Part shown: positions 30,801 through 41,651 of the stretch, piece after piece
How positions within the stretch are numbered: position 1 is the first letter of the stretch
Layout: every line of letters begins with the position of its first letter
Assembly (NCBI GenBank): GCA_019058365.1
Contig: JAHPZE010000017.1
Span: 22,830-86,829 of the forward strand
DNA length: 64,000 bases
Source: Promethearchaeota archaeon
GTDB lineage: Archaea > Asgardarchaeota > Lokiarchaeia > Sigyniarchaeales > SOKP01
Direction of reading: 5' to 3'
Notes under the pieces: generated by a model
Databases searched by the model: none
The model's input: only the letters and a program-made list of their open reading frames with translations
What the model was told of the DNA's origin: nothing
Program-made: the position numbers and the translations under genes

Positions 30801-31306
30801 AAATTTTTCTCCCTATGCTATTTTATTATAGAAATTATCAATAATTTTTGAATAACAAAAGGTTGTTATAATAAGTGTTTAATTAAGATAGAATTTTAAA
30901 GATATTTAAATCCAAATGGTAAAAGGTTTCTAAAATAAATTTTATATTTATAACTGACAATTTATTTTATACTTAAGATCAATATAAAAATATCTGGCAA
31001 AGATTTTTCAAGATTTTTATGAAAATTTTCATCATTAGTTTTAATTCTTCTTTCTCTCCTAATCTGAAGAGTCTAAATAATAAAGTTCATTAGTATATAT
31101 TTAATTAAAATAGTGTTTATTATCATTTTAAAAAAAAATTAATTATTTTTCTTTTAACAAGAACTTTTCAATAAATTTGGTAAAAAACCCCAAAATAAAA
31201 CGTGAATGAACCAAATACTAAAATACCACTATATAATAATAGAATTATTATTTCTAAAACAAATAATATATATTTTATTTATAAATTATCATGTTTGTAT
31301 TAAATT

Positions 31307-32188
31307 ATGACAAAGATATATACTAAAATACATGATATTTTGGAGATTGGTGATAATTTTCCCACGGTAATAATGGGAGTCATAAATTTAAGCCCTGAAT
31401 CATTTTATCAAGGATCAGTTTATGTGGAACCTGAAAAGATTAGAGATGCAGCTTCCGAAATGATAAAGAATGGGGCTCAGATACTTGATATTGGTGGACG
31501 TTCTACAGCTCCTTGGTCTGAAAAAATCACTATTGATGAAGAAGTAAATCGTATGAGAACAGCTATAGAAACAATATGTAAAATCATTCCAGATAATATA
31601 ATAATCTCTGTTGATACTCAATATCGCGAAGTTGCTGAAAAAGCTTTTGATATTGCCTCCAAAGCAAAAAGGAAAATTATAATAAACGATGTTAGTTGTT
31701 TAAAGACTGATCCTGATTTAACAGATTTTATAATTACTAAAGACCTTCCAATAATTATTATGGCGTCGAAAAAAGTTCCAGGAGATCTGTGTACTATGGA
31801 TGAAATTATTAAAGAATTCGACTATACCATTAAAAATCTAAAAAGGAAAGGCTATGATGAAAATAAGATTATTTTAGACCCAGGAATAGGTCACTGGATT
31901 GAGCAAAAAACTCATATATCTGATTTAAAGATAATAGGGAATCTCCAAAAACTTAAAAAATTCAATAAGCCGATATTGGTAGCTATTTCAAGAAAATCAT
32001 TTATAGGAACAACTCTAAATATTTCTGAACCAGAAAAAAGATTAAATGGAACCCTTGCTGCTACGTCAATTGCAGTTTATAAGGGAGCCCATATTGTACG
32101 AACTCATGATGTAACACCCCAACTCTTAGAATTCGTAAAAATATCTAAAGCCATTTATGATTTTACTGAAAATCGCCAATCACCATGA
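31307..32188 (+). CDS. folP: Dihydropteroate synthase
   Basis: MGVINLSPESF, DIGGRSTAP, ISVDT, INDVS, ILDPGIG, SRKSFIG, IVRTHDV. Confidence 0.92.
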   Translation: MTKIYTKIHDILEIGDNFPTVIMGVINLSPESFYQGSVYVEPEKIRDAASEMIKNGAQILDIGGRSTAPWSEKITIDEEVNRMRTAIETICKIIPDNIIISVDTQYREVAEKAFDIASKAKRKIIINDVSCLKTDPDLTDFIITKDLPIIIMASKKVPGDLCTMDEIIKEFDYTIKNLKRKGYDENKIILDPGIGHWIEQKTHISDLKIIGNLQKLKKFNKPILVAISRKSFIGTTLNISEPEKRLNGTLAATSIAVYKGAHIVRTHDVTPQLLEFVKISKAIYDFTENRQSP

Positions 32189-32738
32189 ACGAAATTGGAA
32201 AATATTTGTTTATTAATATTTTAAATTTTTAAATTCCCTCTGAAGATTCTAATGGATTTTTTGATAAAATTCATAGTTATAAATTATGTATTCTTATTGG
32301 GATTTTCTCAGTATCTATAATAATATTACTAAAAAAAGAATATAATAATTAAATTTCTTTTTCTTACTTTTTTACTACGATAAATAGTGAGAATTTATAA
32401 TCTGATTAAACTAATTTAAGAAATTAGAAAAATGGCTGTAATACTTTAAAAGAGTATGCAATAGCATATTTATTTTTTAAAAATTTTCTATTAAAAATGG
32501 AGCTTACAAATTTAAAATCCTCAAGATCCAATTAATTCTTTCAAAATTTATCAAATTGGAGGGACATTTAAATCAAATAGGTAAATCTACATGAAGATAT
32601 TAGACTATTGAATGTCAAAAAAGAGCACTAATATTTAAAAGCGTGTATTACCACTTGTTACTTAGTAAATTGTTAAAATTTCATTTAGATTTGAATAATT
32701 TTACTTTTACAAATTAAATTATATAAACTTGTTTTCTT

Positions 32739-34763
32739 ATGCCCGGCAAATCTTCTAATCCCGATTCTTATGATGCGGATGATATTAAGGTTTTGAAAGG
32801 TCTTGAGGGCGTTAGAAAACGTCCTGCTATGTATATTGGTTCAACAGGTAAAACAGGCCTCCATCATCTCATTTTCGAGGTTTTAGATAATTCTGTAGAC
32901 GAAGCGATGGGAGGGTATGCTGATGAGATAAAAGTCACTCTTAATAAAAATAATTCAGTTCAAATATATGATAATGGACGAGGAATTCCGATTGATATCC
33001 ATCCTGAATTTAATAAACCCGCTCTAGAAGTTATTATGGAATATCTACATTCTGGTGGAAAATTTGATAATAAAAGTTATAAAATTTCAGGTGGTTTACA
33101 TGGCGTTGGGTTATCAGTCGTTAATGCATTAACAGAATGGATGGATGTAGAAGTGTGTCGAGACGGTTTACTTTATACACAAAAATTTTCAAAGGGAAAA
33201 AAAGCCTTGGATCCAGTAATAATAGAAACTGATAAAAAGGAAACTTATACTAAAATAGGATTTTATCCTGATAAAGAAATTTTTGAGTTTGAACTAAATG
33301 AACCTATATTTAATGCTCATACTATTATTAATAGAATGCGAGAGCTCGCGTTTCTTACTCCACATACAAGATTTGAAATTAATAATAAAATTAATAATGA
33401 AAAAGAAGAATTTCACTATGAAGGCGGCATTAAAGAATTCATCTCTTACTTAAATAAAGACAAACAACCATTACATAATGATATTATTTTTGTTAGTGAT
33501 TCTTATAAGGATGAGGATGACGAAACAATATTCTGCGATTTTGCTATGCAATACAATCAAGGATATCAAACAAACATTTTAACCTATGCAAATACAATCA
33601 ATACCATTGAAGGTGGAGTTCATTTAACTGGATTTAAATCTGCACTTACGAGAACTTTTAACTCCTATATAGAGAATTTTATGGAGAAAAAGTATAAAGG
33701 ACATATTTTAAGTGGAGCCGATGCAAGAGAAGGATTATCAGCAGTCATTTCTGTTAAACTTCATGACCCTCAATTTGAAAGTCAAACTAAGATTAAACTA
33801 GGAAATCCTGAAGTTCGGCAAATTGTAAGTCAAATTGTCACAGATAAATTAACTCAATATTTTGAAGAGCATCCAGAAACGGCTAAAAAAATCGTCTTAA
33901 AAACTATTAATGCAAAATTAGCTAGAGAAGCAGCTCAAAAAGCAAGAGCATTAATCCGGAGGAAATCAGCATTAGATAGCGCTAGGATGCCAGGAAAACT
34001 TGCTGATTGTTCATCAAACGAACCCGAGAAAGTAGAACTTTTCATTGTGGAAGGCGATTCGGCTGGAGGACCCGCAAAACAAGGAAGAGACAGAACATAT
34101 CAAGCGATTCTTCCCATTAGAGGGAAAATTCTCAATGTTGAAAAAGCTAGAATAGATAAAATATTACAAAATAATGAAATTCAAGCCATTATTAAAGCCT
34201 TAGGAGTTGGATTTCAAGAAGCTATTTTACCAAATGGAAATAATGGCGAATTAGAAGAAAATGGGGAAGAGACCGAAGAAAGTTTCGATTTAAGTAAGTT
34301 AAGATATCACAAGGTCATTATCATGTGTGATGCTGATGTCGATGGATTTCACATTGAAACTTTACTACTTACCTTCTTTTTTAGGTATTTAAGACCTTTA
34401 ATAGATGAAGGTCATTTATATATTGCTGTACCTCCCTTATATAAAGTATCTTATAAAAAAACAAAAGAGTATGTTTATTCAGATAAAGATAAAGAAAGCC
34501 TTCTTGATACTATGAAAACTAAATACCAATTAGAAAAAACAGAAAAAATTGCTGTGCAAAGGTATAAAGGGCTAGGGGAAATGAACTCAGATGAACTTTA
34601 CGAAACAACTATGAAGAGAGATACTCGAAGACTTAAGAAAGTTACTTATGAAAATTATATTGAAAATGACTTAATCTTTACGAAGTTAATGGGTAAGGAG
34701 GTAAAAGCTCGTAAAAAGTTTATTATTAGTAATTTTGATGAAGTTAATATATTAGATGTTTAA
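32739..34763 (+). CDS. gyrB: DNA gyrase subunit B
   Basis: LEGVRKRPAMYIG, DNGRGIP, GGLHGVGLS, PGKLADC, EGDSAGG, DADVDG, QRYKGLGEM. Confidence 0.97.
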   Translation: MPGKSSNPDSYDADDIKVLKGLEGVRKRPAMYIGSTGKTGLHHLIFEVLDNSVDEAMGGYADEIKVTLNKNNSVQIYDNGRGIPIDIHPEFNKPALEVIMEYLHSGGKFDNKSYKISGGLHGVGLSVVNALTEWMDVEVCRDGLLYTQKFSKGKKALDPVIIETDKKETYTKIGFYPDKEIFEFELNEPIFNAHTIINRMRELAFLTPHTRFEINNKINNEKEEFHYEGGIKEFISYLNKDKQPLHNDIIFVSDSYKDEDDETIFCDFAMQYNQGYQTNILTYANTINTIEGGVHLTGFKSALTRTFNSYIENFMEKKYKGHILSGADAREGLSAVISVKLHDPQFESQTKIKLGNPEVRQIVSQIVTDKLTQYFEEHPETAKKIVLKTINAKLAREAAQKARALIRRKSALDSARMPGKLADCSSNEPEKVELFIVEGDSAGGPAKQGRDRTYQAILPIRGKILNVEKARIDKILQNNEIQAIIKALGVGFQEAILPNGNNGELEENGEETEESFDLSKLRYHKVIIMCDADVDGFHIETLLLTFFFRYLRPLIDEGHLYIAVPPLYKVSYKKTKEYVYSDKDKESLLDTMKTKYQLEKTEKIAVQRYKGLGEMNSDELYETTMKRDTRRLKKVTYENYIENDLIFTKLMGKEVKARKKFIISNFDEVNILDV

Positions 34764-34810
34764 ATCTAACTTATTTAATTAAAATATATCATAATAAAAA
34801 GGCGTTATAA

Positions 34811-37249
34811 TTGACTTCAGAACAGATAGAAGAGATTTTATTAAAAGATGAAATGCAAAGCAGTTATATCGATTATGCTATGAGTGTGGTCGTTGGAAGA
34901 GCCATTCCAGATGTTAGAGATGGGCTCAAACCTGTTCATAGACGGATTATTTACGCTATGGCTCAAAATAATTGGTATTATACAAGTTCACACGTAAAAT
35001 GTGCTAGAATTGTTGGTGAAACCCTAGGTAATTATCATCCTCATGGTGATATGGCTGTGTATAATGCATTGGTGAGAATGGGACAAGACTTCTCTTTAAG
35101 GTACCCTTTAATCCATCCTCAGGGGAATTTTGGTTCTATTGATGGAGATCCTCCAGCAGCTTACAGATATACTGAAGCAAGATTATCGCAAATATCAAAT
35201 GAATTAATTGAAGATATTGATAAAGAAACCGTAGATTTTCAACCTAATTTTGACAATAGTACTTCTGAACCTTTATATTTGCCAGCTAAACTTCCTAATA
35301 TTCTCTTAAATGGTACTAAAGGAATTGCTGTAGGAATGGCAACCTCCATGGCACCACATAATTTGACAGAAGTCTGTAATGGGATTATCTCAACCATAGA
35401 TGATCCTGATATTTCTATAGAAGAACTAATGGAAATAATTAAAGGTCCTGATTTTCCCACAAGTGGTATAATCACTGATACTAATGGAATCTATAATGCG
35501 TATCATACGGGAAATGGAACCATAAATATTAGTGGAAAGATTGAAACTGAAATAAAAGGCAATAAAACTAGTTTAATAATTACTGAAATTCCTTATCTAG
35601 TTAATAAAACTGATTTAATTGAATCTATTGCGAAATTAGTAAAAGATGGAGTTCTTAAAGATATCAGAGATTTACGTGATGAATCTGATAGAAAAGGTAT
35701 GCGTATTGTATTGGATTTATCTGCAAAAGCTCAGCCTGTTATAATTAAAAATATCCTTTTTAAAAGGACTAGACTTCTAACAACTTTCAACATATCTAAT
35801 CTGGTTCTAATTAATAATGGGAAACAACCGAAAATTCTCAATCTCAAAGAGATTATTAATGAATATATTGACCATCGATTAATTATGATCTCAAAAAGAA
35901 CTGAATATCTTCTTAGAAAAGCACAGGAAAGACTTCATAGAGTTGAAGGATTATTAATTGCATTAAATAACATTGATAATGTAGTAAATTTAATTAAAAG
36001 TTCAAAAGATACAAATGAAGCAAAAAACAAATTAAAAGCATCTTATGAGTTAAGTGATATTCAAGTTCAAGCCATTTTAAGTATGCCTTTGTCTCGATTA
36101 ACTAATTTGGAGCAACAAAAATTAGTTGATGAACAAAACTCATTACAAATAGACATTAATAAATACAACAAAATTCTAAAACAAAAGAAACTTCGTCTAA
36201 ATATAATTAAAACTGATTTAAATGACTTAATTAAGAAATACGGAGATGAAAGAAAGACAAAAATAAAAATGGTTGAACACCATGAAGTTAAAGAAATTGA
36301 ACAAAAAGATTTAATTAAAAAGGAAACTACTATTGTAATTTTCACAAAAAATCAATATATTAAAAGAATCTCTTTAGAAGAATACCAGGCTCAAAGACGT
36401 GGTGGTCGTGGGAAAAAGAGTATGACTGTGCGAGAAGAAGATTTTATTACCGATTTATTTGTAAGCACTACCCACGACACAATTTTAATATTTACTTCGA
36501 AAGGTAGGGTTTATTCAATAACTTGTTTTGATATTCCTTTACAGACACGAACCGCACGAGGTAAACCTATTATTAATTTTATCTCTCTACAATCAGGTGA
36601 AAAAATTTCAGCTATGATTCCAATTAATAATTTTAATACTAATGAAATGCTTATTATGACAACTAAGAAAGGAATTATTAAAAAGACTCCTTTAAAATTA
36701 TTCTCAAAATTTAAAAGTACGGGAGTAAGAGCTCAAAGAATAAGGCCTGATGATGAATTAATAAGTGTTAAAAGACTCTCCAATGAACTTCAGGATATAT
36801 TTATTGCCACTAAATTAGGATATGCAGTTAGATTTGATGAAACTGAATTACGAGAGTTAGGACGTAATTCTATGGGAGTGAAAGGAGCAGAATTAAGAGA
36901 AAATGATGAAGTTATTGATACTCTTCTCGTGTCTGATGATGATATAATATTAACCCTCACTCAAAATGCTTATGGTCAAAGAACATATGTGAAAGAGTAT
37001 CGTAAAACTGGGCGTGGAGCTAAAGGTGTCCGTAATATCTCATTGGATAAAATAAAAGATGATAAAGTCATTGCCATTAAAATTGCTAAACATATGGATA
37101 TATTAATAGGAACAGAACAAGGTCAAATGATAAGAGTGCCTGTTGATTCAATAAGAATAACCCATAGAACTGCTAAGGGTGTAAGAGTAATTAAACTTTA
37201 TGAAGATGATTTTGTTGTAGCAATTGGAAAATGTGAACAAGAACCTTAA
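34811..37249 (+). CDS. gyrA: DNA gyrase subunit A
   Basis: DGLKPVHRR, YHPHGD, AAYRYTE catalytic Tyr, GyrA-box QRRGGRG, C-terminal beta-pinwheel repeats. Confidence 0.97.
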   Translation: MTSEQIEEILLKDEMQSSYIDYAMSVVVGRAIPDVRDGLKPVHRRIIYAMAQNNWYYTSSHVKCARIVGETLGNYHPHGDMAVYNALVRMGQDFSLRYPLIHPQGNFGSIDGDPPAAYRYTEARLSQISNELIEDIDKETVDFQPNFDNSTSEPLYLPAKLPNILLNGTKGIAVGMATSMAPHNLTEVCNGIISTIDDPDISIEELMEIIKGPDFPTSGIITDTNGIYNAYHTGNGTINISGKIETEIKGNKTSLIITEIPYLVNKTDLIESIAKLVKDGVLKDIRDLRDESDRKGMRIVLDLSAKAQPVIIKNILFKRTRLLTTFNISNLVLINNGKQPKILNLKEIINEYIDHRLIMISKRTEYLLRKAQERLHRVEGLLIALNNIDNVVNLIKSSKDTNEAKNKLKASYELSDIQVQAILSMPLSRLTNLEQQKLVDEQNSLQIDINKYNKILKQKKLRLNIIKTDLNDLIKKYGDERKTKIKMVEHHEVKEIEQKDLIKKETTIVIFTKNQYIKRISLEEYQAQRRGGRGKKSMTVREEDFITDLFVSTTHDTILIFTSKGRVYSITCFDIPLQTRTARGKPIINFISLQSGEKISAMIPINNFNTNEMLIMTTKKGIIKKTPLKLFSKFKSTGVRAQRIRPDDELISVKRLSNELQDIFIATKLGYAVRFDETELRELGRNSMGVKGAELRENDEVIDTLLVSDDDIILTLTQNAYGQRTYVKEYRKTGRGAKGVRNISLDKIKDDKVIAIKIAKHMDILIGTEQGQMIRVPVDSIRITHRTAKGVRVIKLYEDDFVVAIGKCEQEP

Positions 37250-37254
37250 GAGAA

Positions 37255-37617
37255 TTAACTCTTTTGTTTAAGATATGGAATTAGACAGAGAAAATTTAAA
37301 CTACTTTTACCTACATTATCTATTCCATGTTTTTCATTAGGGGGAATATATACAAAATCACCTTCATTAGCTATCTCAACTTTCCCTTTGTCATTATAAA
37401 ATTTCCCAGTTCCAGATAACACATAAATTTCGTGATCTTCTGGATGATTATGAAGAGGAACATTTTGCCCTGGTTTAACTTCAATTCTTCTCATTGCGAA
37501 ATTTCTTGCACCTAAATTTTCATCGATCAACCATCTGATATAAATTCCATCCACTTTAGTACCATCAGCTAAAACTGCCTCTTTTTCTTCAACTTCTTTA
37601 TAATTCTTTTTTAACAT
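37255..37617 (-). CDS. Cupin domain protein
   Basis: PLHNHPEDHEIYVLSG and IPPNEKHGIDN. Confidence 0.9.
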   Translation of the reverse strand: MLKKNYKEVEEKEAVLADGTKVDGIYIRWLIDENLGARNFAMRRIEVKPGQNVPLHNHPEDHEIYVLSGTGKFYNDKGKVEIANEGDFVYIPPNEKHGIDNVGKSSLNFLCLIPYLKQKS

Positions 37618-37749
37618 AATAAAAAAAAAATTTTTAATCTATTAAAATTATAGCTTGTTAATTTTCATATGACAGTTTTATAAAGAAAAAAAAATTAAAT
37701 TCTTATAACACTTATAAGCGAAATTCACTCAATTTTTAAGGATAGAAAA

Positions 37750-39117
37750 ATGGAACTTAAAGAAATCCTTAACCAAATCCCAGAATATAAAGAATTCATG
37801 ACAATTTCTGAATTAGATGCTTCCAGTAAAAAACTAGCCGAAAAATTTAATTATGTAGACTTGAAAGAAATTGGAAAATCGCGAGAAGGACGAACAATAT
37901 ATTGTCTAAAAATAGGTGAGGGGAAAAAAAATGCGCTTCTATTTGGATTTCCACATCCCAATGAACCAATAGGGAGCATGAGTCTAGAGTTTTTATCATG
38001 TTTTTTAGCAGAAAATCCTGACTTTACAAAAAATTCAGGGTATACGTGGTACTTAATTAAAGCAATTGACATCGATGGTGCGATTCTTAATGAAGGATGG
38101 TTTAAAGGAGAATTCAATCCTTTAAAATATGCTAAGAATTATTATAGACCTGCAACCTACCAACAAGTTGAATGGACTTTCCCAGTCAAATATAAAAAAT
38201 TTAGCTTTAACTCTCCACTACCAGAAACTCGAGCCTTAATGGAATTATTGAATTTAATAAAACCTAAATTTATGTATAGTCTTCACAATTCTAGCTTTGG
38301 TGGTGTATACTTCTTAATTTCATATGAAATAGGAAATTTACATACTGATTTAGTTGATTTTGTTACCAGAGAAAATTTACCTTTGCATTTAGGAGAACCC
38401 GAATTATCCTCTATGATAAAATATCATGATGGGTTCTTTCAATCAGCTGGTATTCAAGAAATTTATGATTCCTTGGAAGTTGAAGGTGTTGAAAATCCTC
38501 AACAAGTCCTTAAGACGGGTACTAGTTCGTTTGACTATCTTAAAAAAATCGTAGGTAAAGAATCTTTTTCTTTTGGTTGCGAAATTCCCTATTTCTATGA
38601 TAAACGTATAGCAGATTGCTCTTTAACCGATTTAAATAGGAAAAATTTGCGGATAGAATCATTAGAATATATAAAAGATATTTATTAACATTCAAAGAAG
38701 ATATTTAGGTCAATAAGAAAATATTGTAATAAGAATACACGAATTTATACGGTTGTAGAGGATTACCTTTGGAGAAGAGGATCAACTCTTAGTCTTCAAA
38801 TACATGAAGCAAAAACTTCTTCTTATTATGATGGGAAAGCTACAGTTGCTCAAGCTTTTGATCTGAATGTCTCAAAAAGATGGTACGATTTACTATATGT
38901 CTCGATGATTACAAGATTATGTAATGAAGCTATTTCAAACCATCCGGAAAATGAAGTTGAAATTATTGTAATTAAAAAAAACTTCGAGAACTGGATTGAA
39001 CAAAAAATCAATGAATTATTTAAGGGTATTAAGTATGAAATTATTCCAATCCAAAAATTGGTCCGAATTCAAATTGGAAGTGTCTTTATTACTTTAAGAA
39101 ACTTATCAAAAGAATAA
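37750..39117 (+). pseudogene. M14 zinc carboxypeptidase family gene with a single in-frame TAA
   Basis: HPNEP, SLHNS and CEIPY motifs. After TAA at 38686-38688 the same frame continues stop-free (HSKKIFRS...KATVAQAFD...) into 38905..39117. Confidence 0.85.
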
Positions 39118-39238
39118 TAGCAAAAATTATTTAGATGATTATTTAATTTGATATAAATAATAAGGAATTGTCATTATTGTAGTATTTATATTATTATATC
39201 ATATTAAAAATAAATTAAGAAGGAAATTAATATTAATT

Positions 39239-40162
39239 ATGACTACAATTGGATTTGATCAGTCACATAATAATAAATTAACTATTGAAAATACTACTTT
39301 TGCAGACTTTGTTCAATATCTGTTTGATTCGGATTTTAAATTAGGAAAAATAGAAGCTGGAATTACTAAGGAAAAATTAAATAAATATGATCTTTTTATA
39401 ATCGGGGTCCCAAACTTAGGTCCCAATTTGGATACGGATGAAATAAATGATTTAGTTAAGTATGTTGAGAATGGTGGGAGTCTTCTTGTAATAAATGATG
39501 GGGGTGGCGATTATGAAAATAAAAATAATCTCTCTGAATTAACTAAAAATTTTGGAATAAGATTTAATTCTGATCGCTTGTTTGATAATAAATTTTTTTC
39601 AGAAAAAAATTCCCATCCTATAATTCAAGATTTTAAAAGTCACTTTATTACAAGAGATATATTTAAAATTATTCATTCTAATGGCTGCACTTTAATAATT
39701 GATAAATCTATTGAAAACAGTGATATTGATGTTAACAGTATTGCATTTTCATCGGAAACTACTTCATGGCACAAAATCTTTAATGGGCAAGAATGGCAAG
39801 AAAAATCAGAACAACACCAACCAATTATTGCTGCTACACATTATAGTTTAGGGAAGGTAATCATGATAGGTAATTTATCAATCTTTTCTAATTTAAACAA
39901 ATCATATGGTATAACTGCTGCTGATAACTTTAAATTAATTACTAATATGATTTCTTGGTTATTAAATAAAGTTGGAACCGAAGAAGAACAATTAGTAAAG
40001 CCTGTATATACAACCGTTGCTATTAACCAAGATTTGTTTTATTGGATTAAAGAAATGATAAACAAAGGAAAATGGAAAAAGCTTGATGATGTAATTAATT
40101 TTGCATTAAACGTAACTAAAATCAGAATGAAGGAAGTAGAGAAAGATGGTAAAAGTGAATAA
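39239..40162 (+). CDS. GATase1-like (DUF4350/IFT52-N-like) domain + C-terminal ribbon-helix-helix
   Basis: FDQSHN, YDLFIIGVP, LVKYVENGGSLL, LGKVIMIGNLSIFSN..DNFKL..N..SWL; tail TTVAINQDLFYWIKEMINKGKWKKLDDVINFAL. Confidence 0.65.
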   Translation: MTTIGFDQSHNNKLTIENTTFADFVQYLFDSDFKLGKIEAGITKEKLNKYDLFIIGVPNLGPNLDTDEINDLVKYVENGGSLLVINDGGGDYENKNNLSELTKNFGIRFNSDRLFDNKFFSEKNSHPIIQDFKSHFITRDIFKIIHSNGCTLIIDKSIENSDIDVNSIAFSSETTSWHKIFNGQEWQEKSEQHQPIIAATHYSLGKVIMIGNLSIFSNLNKSYGITAADNFKLITNMISWLLNKVGTEEEQLVKPVYTTVAINQDLFYWIKEMINKGKWKKLDDVINFALNVTKIRMKEVEKDGKSE

Positions 40163-40676
40163 AGACCAATTATTAATTGGGCTTATTGGTGATACTCATA
40201 TACACACTCTAGAAGGAGATATCCTACTAAATATATTAGATGATTTTAAAGAAAAAGATATTGATTATTTATTTCATGTGGGAGATTTTACAAGCTACAA
40301 AGTATATAAAAAACTTCAAGATATTTTTGGTAACGAAAAAGTTATTGGAATTGTTGGGAATATGGATGACTCAAAAATATCGAAAGAATTACCTAAAAAA
40401 ATAGAATTAGATTTATTTGGACATAAAATTTTTATAACTCATGGTGAAGGCGGACCACACAATATTATTAAACGTTTAAACAGAAGATTTGAATTATCTG
40501 AATATGATATCATCATTTTTGGTCATGTCCACCATCCTTTTAATGAAAAATGGAGAGATGGAAGATTATACCTTAGTCCAGGCACACCAACCGATAAAAG
40601 ATTCACTGATATTAATTCTTATGGGTATCTCAAAATATCTAAAGAAAAAGTTGAGCCAAGCATTATTTATTTATAG
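40146..40676 (+). CDS. YfcE/MJ0936 (Vps29-like) metallophosphoesterase
   Basis: GDTH, HVGD, GNMD, THG, GHVH, SPG. Confidence 0.9.
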   Translation: MVKVNKDQLLIGLIGDTHIHTLEGDILLNILDDFKEKDIDYLFHVGDFTSYKVYKKLQDIFGNEKVIGIVGNMDDSKISKELPKKIELDLFGHKIFITHGEGGPHNIIKRLNRRFELSEYDIIIFGHVHHPFNEKWRDGRLYLSPGTPTDKRFTDINSYGYLKISKEKVEPSIIYL

Positions 40677-40696
40677 CAAGAAAATTCTATTAAAAA

Positions 40697-41131
40697 ATGA
40701 ATTCGAAGAAAAAATTCCTTGAAATGGAAATTAGTAATATTCAACCTAGTCAATTATATATAAGCAAACAGAAACTTGCTAAAGTAAAGGAAAAATTTAA
40801 TCTTGAAGATATATCGACATTGGATATAATTCCAATCAAGAAAATAAGAAAAAACATATTTTATACTGATGGCCATACTAGGGCATTTGCCGCTTATCAA
40901 GAGGGTCTTACAAAAATCCCTATAATTTGGGAAGATGAGGAATTAGATTGGGAAATGTATGAAATTTGTATAAAGTGGTGTAAAGATGCAAGTATATTTT
41001 CTATTGCTGATCTTACTAATCGAGTCGTTGATCAAAAAGAGTATGAAATTCTATGGTATAAACGGTGCGATGATTTACATAAAAAATTGGAAATAAATCG
41101 AACACAGAAAAAAAACATAAAAAATTTCTAA
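40697..41131 (+). CDS. ParB/Srx-like domain protein
   Basis: IQPSQLYIS and DGHTRAFAAY..G motifs. Confidence 0.7.
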   Translation: MNSKKKFLEMEISNIQPSQLYISKQKLAKVKEKFNLEDISTLDIIPIKKIRKNIFYTDGHTRAFAAYQEGLTKIPIIWEDEELDWEMYEICIKWCKDASIFSIADLTNRVVDQKEYEILWYKRCDDLHKKLEINRTQKKNIKNF

Positions 41132-41216
41132 GACAAAGTTTTATAAAAAATAAATTAAAAATATCCTAATTGTAATCATTAGATTCAAATATGTAAAAAA
41201 GAATAATTATATTAGA

Positions 41217-41651
41217 ATGGATAAAGAAAGAATTAAGAGGTATAAAGAAAAACAAGAAAAATTGAGTGAATATTTAAGTTATCTTAAAGAGTGGACTCAA
41301 GATTTAAAGGTAGAAGATTTTAATAAAACTAATATAAAAGACCAATTCTCAATTTATCATGCCTTTCAGATTGTAGTTGAAATAATTACTGATTTATCTG
41401 CTATGGTTGTAAAAGATTTAAAAAAAATTCCTAAAGATGATTACTCTAATTTAGAAAGTTTAATCAAAGATAAAATTATAAATAAAGAATTATCTTTACG
41501 TATTAAAGAAGCTAATGGATTAAGAAACAGAATAGTTCACGATTATAACAGCATTGAGGATGATATAGCCTATAAGAGTATATTAAATATTTTAAATAGT
41601 GTTAAACAATTTAAAGAGATAGTCGACGAATGGTTAAAAAAGAACAAATAA
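41217..41651 (+). CDS. HEPN (DUF86/HepT-like) RNase toxin
   Basis: GLRNRIVHDY (RX4HXY) motif. Confidence 0.9.
   Translation: MDKERIKRYKEKQEKLSEYLSYLKEWTQDLKVEDFNKTNIKDQFSIYHAFQIVVEIITDLSAMVVKDLKKIPKDDYSNLESLIKDKIINKELSLRIKEANGLRNRIVHDYNSIEDDIAYKSILNILNSVKQFKEIVDEWLKKNK

Noticed and set aside
30801-32738. Long AT-rich spacers flanking folP and upstream of gyrB as a possible replication origin
   Set aside because: No ORB-like or DnaA-box repeats seen, and no cdc6/orc1 in the window.
38686-38688. Stop-codon readthrough or recoding in the M14 peptidase
   Set aside because: The codon is TAA, the usual true stop across this window; a nonsense mutation or sequencing error is simpler.
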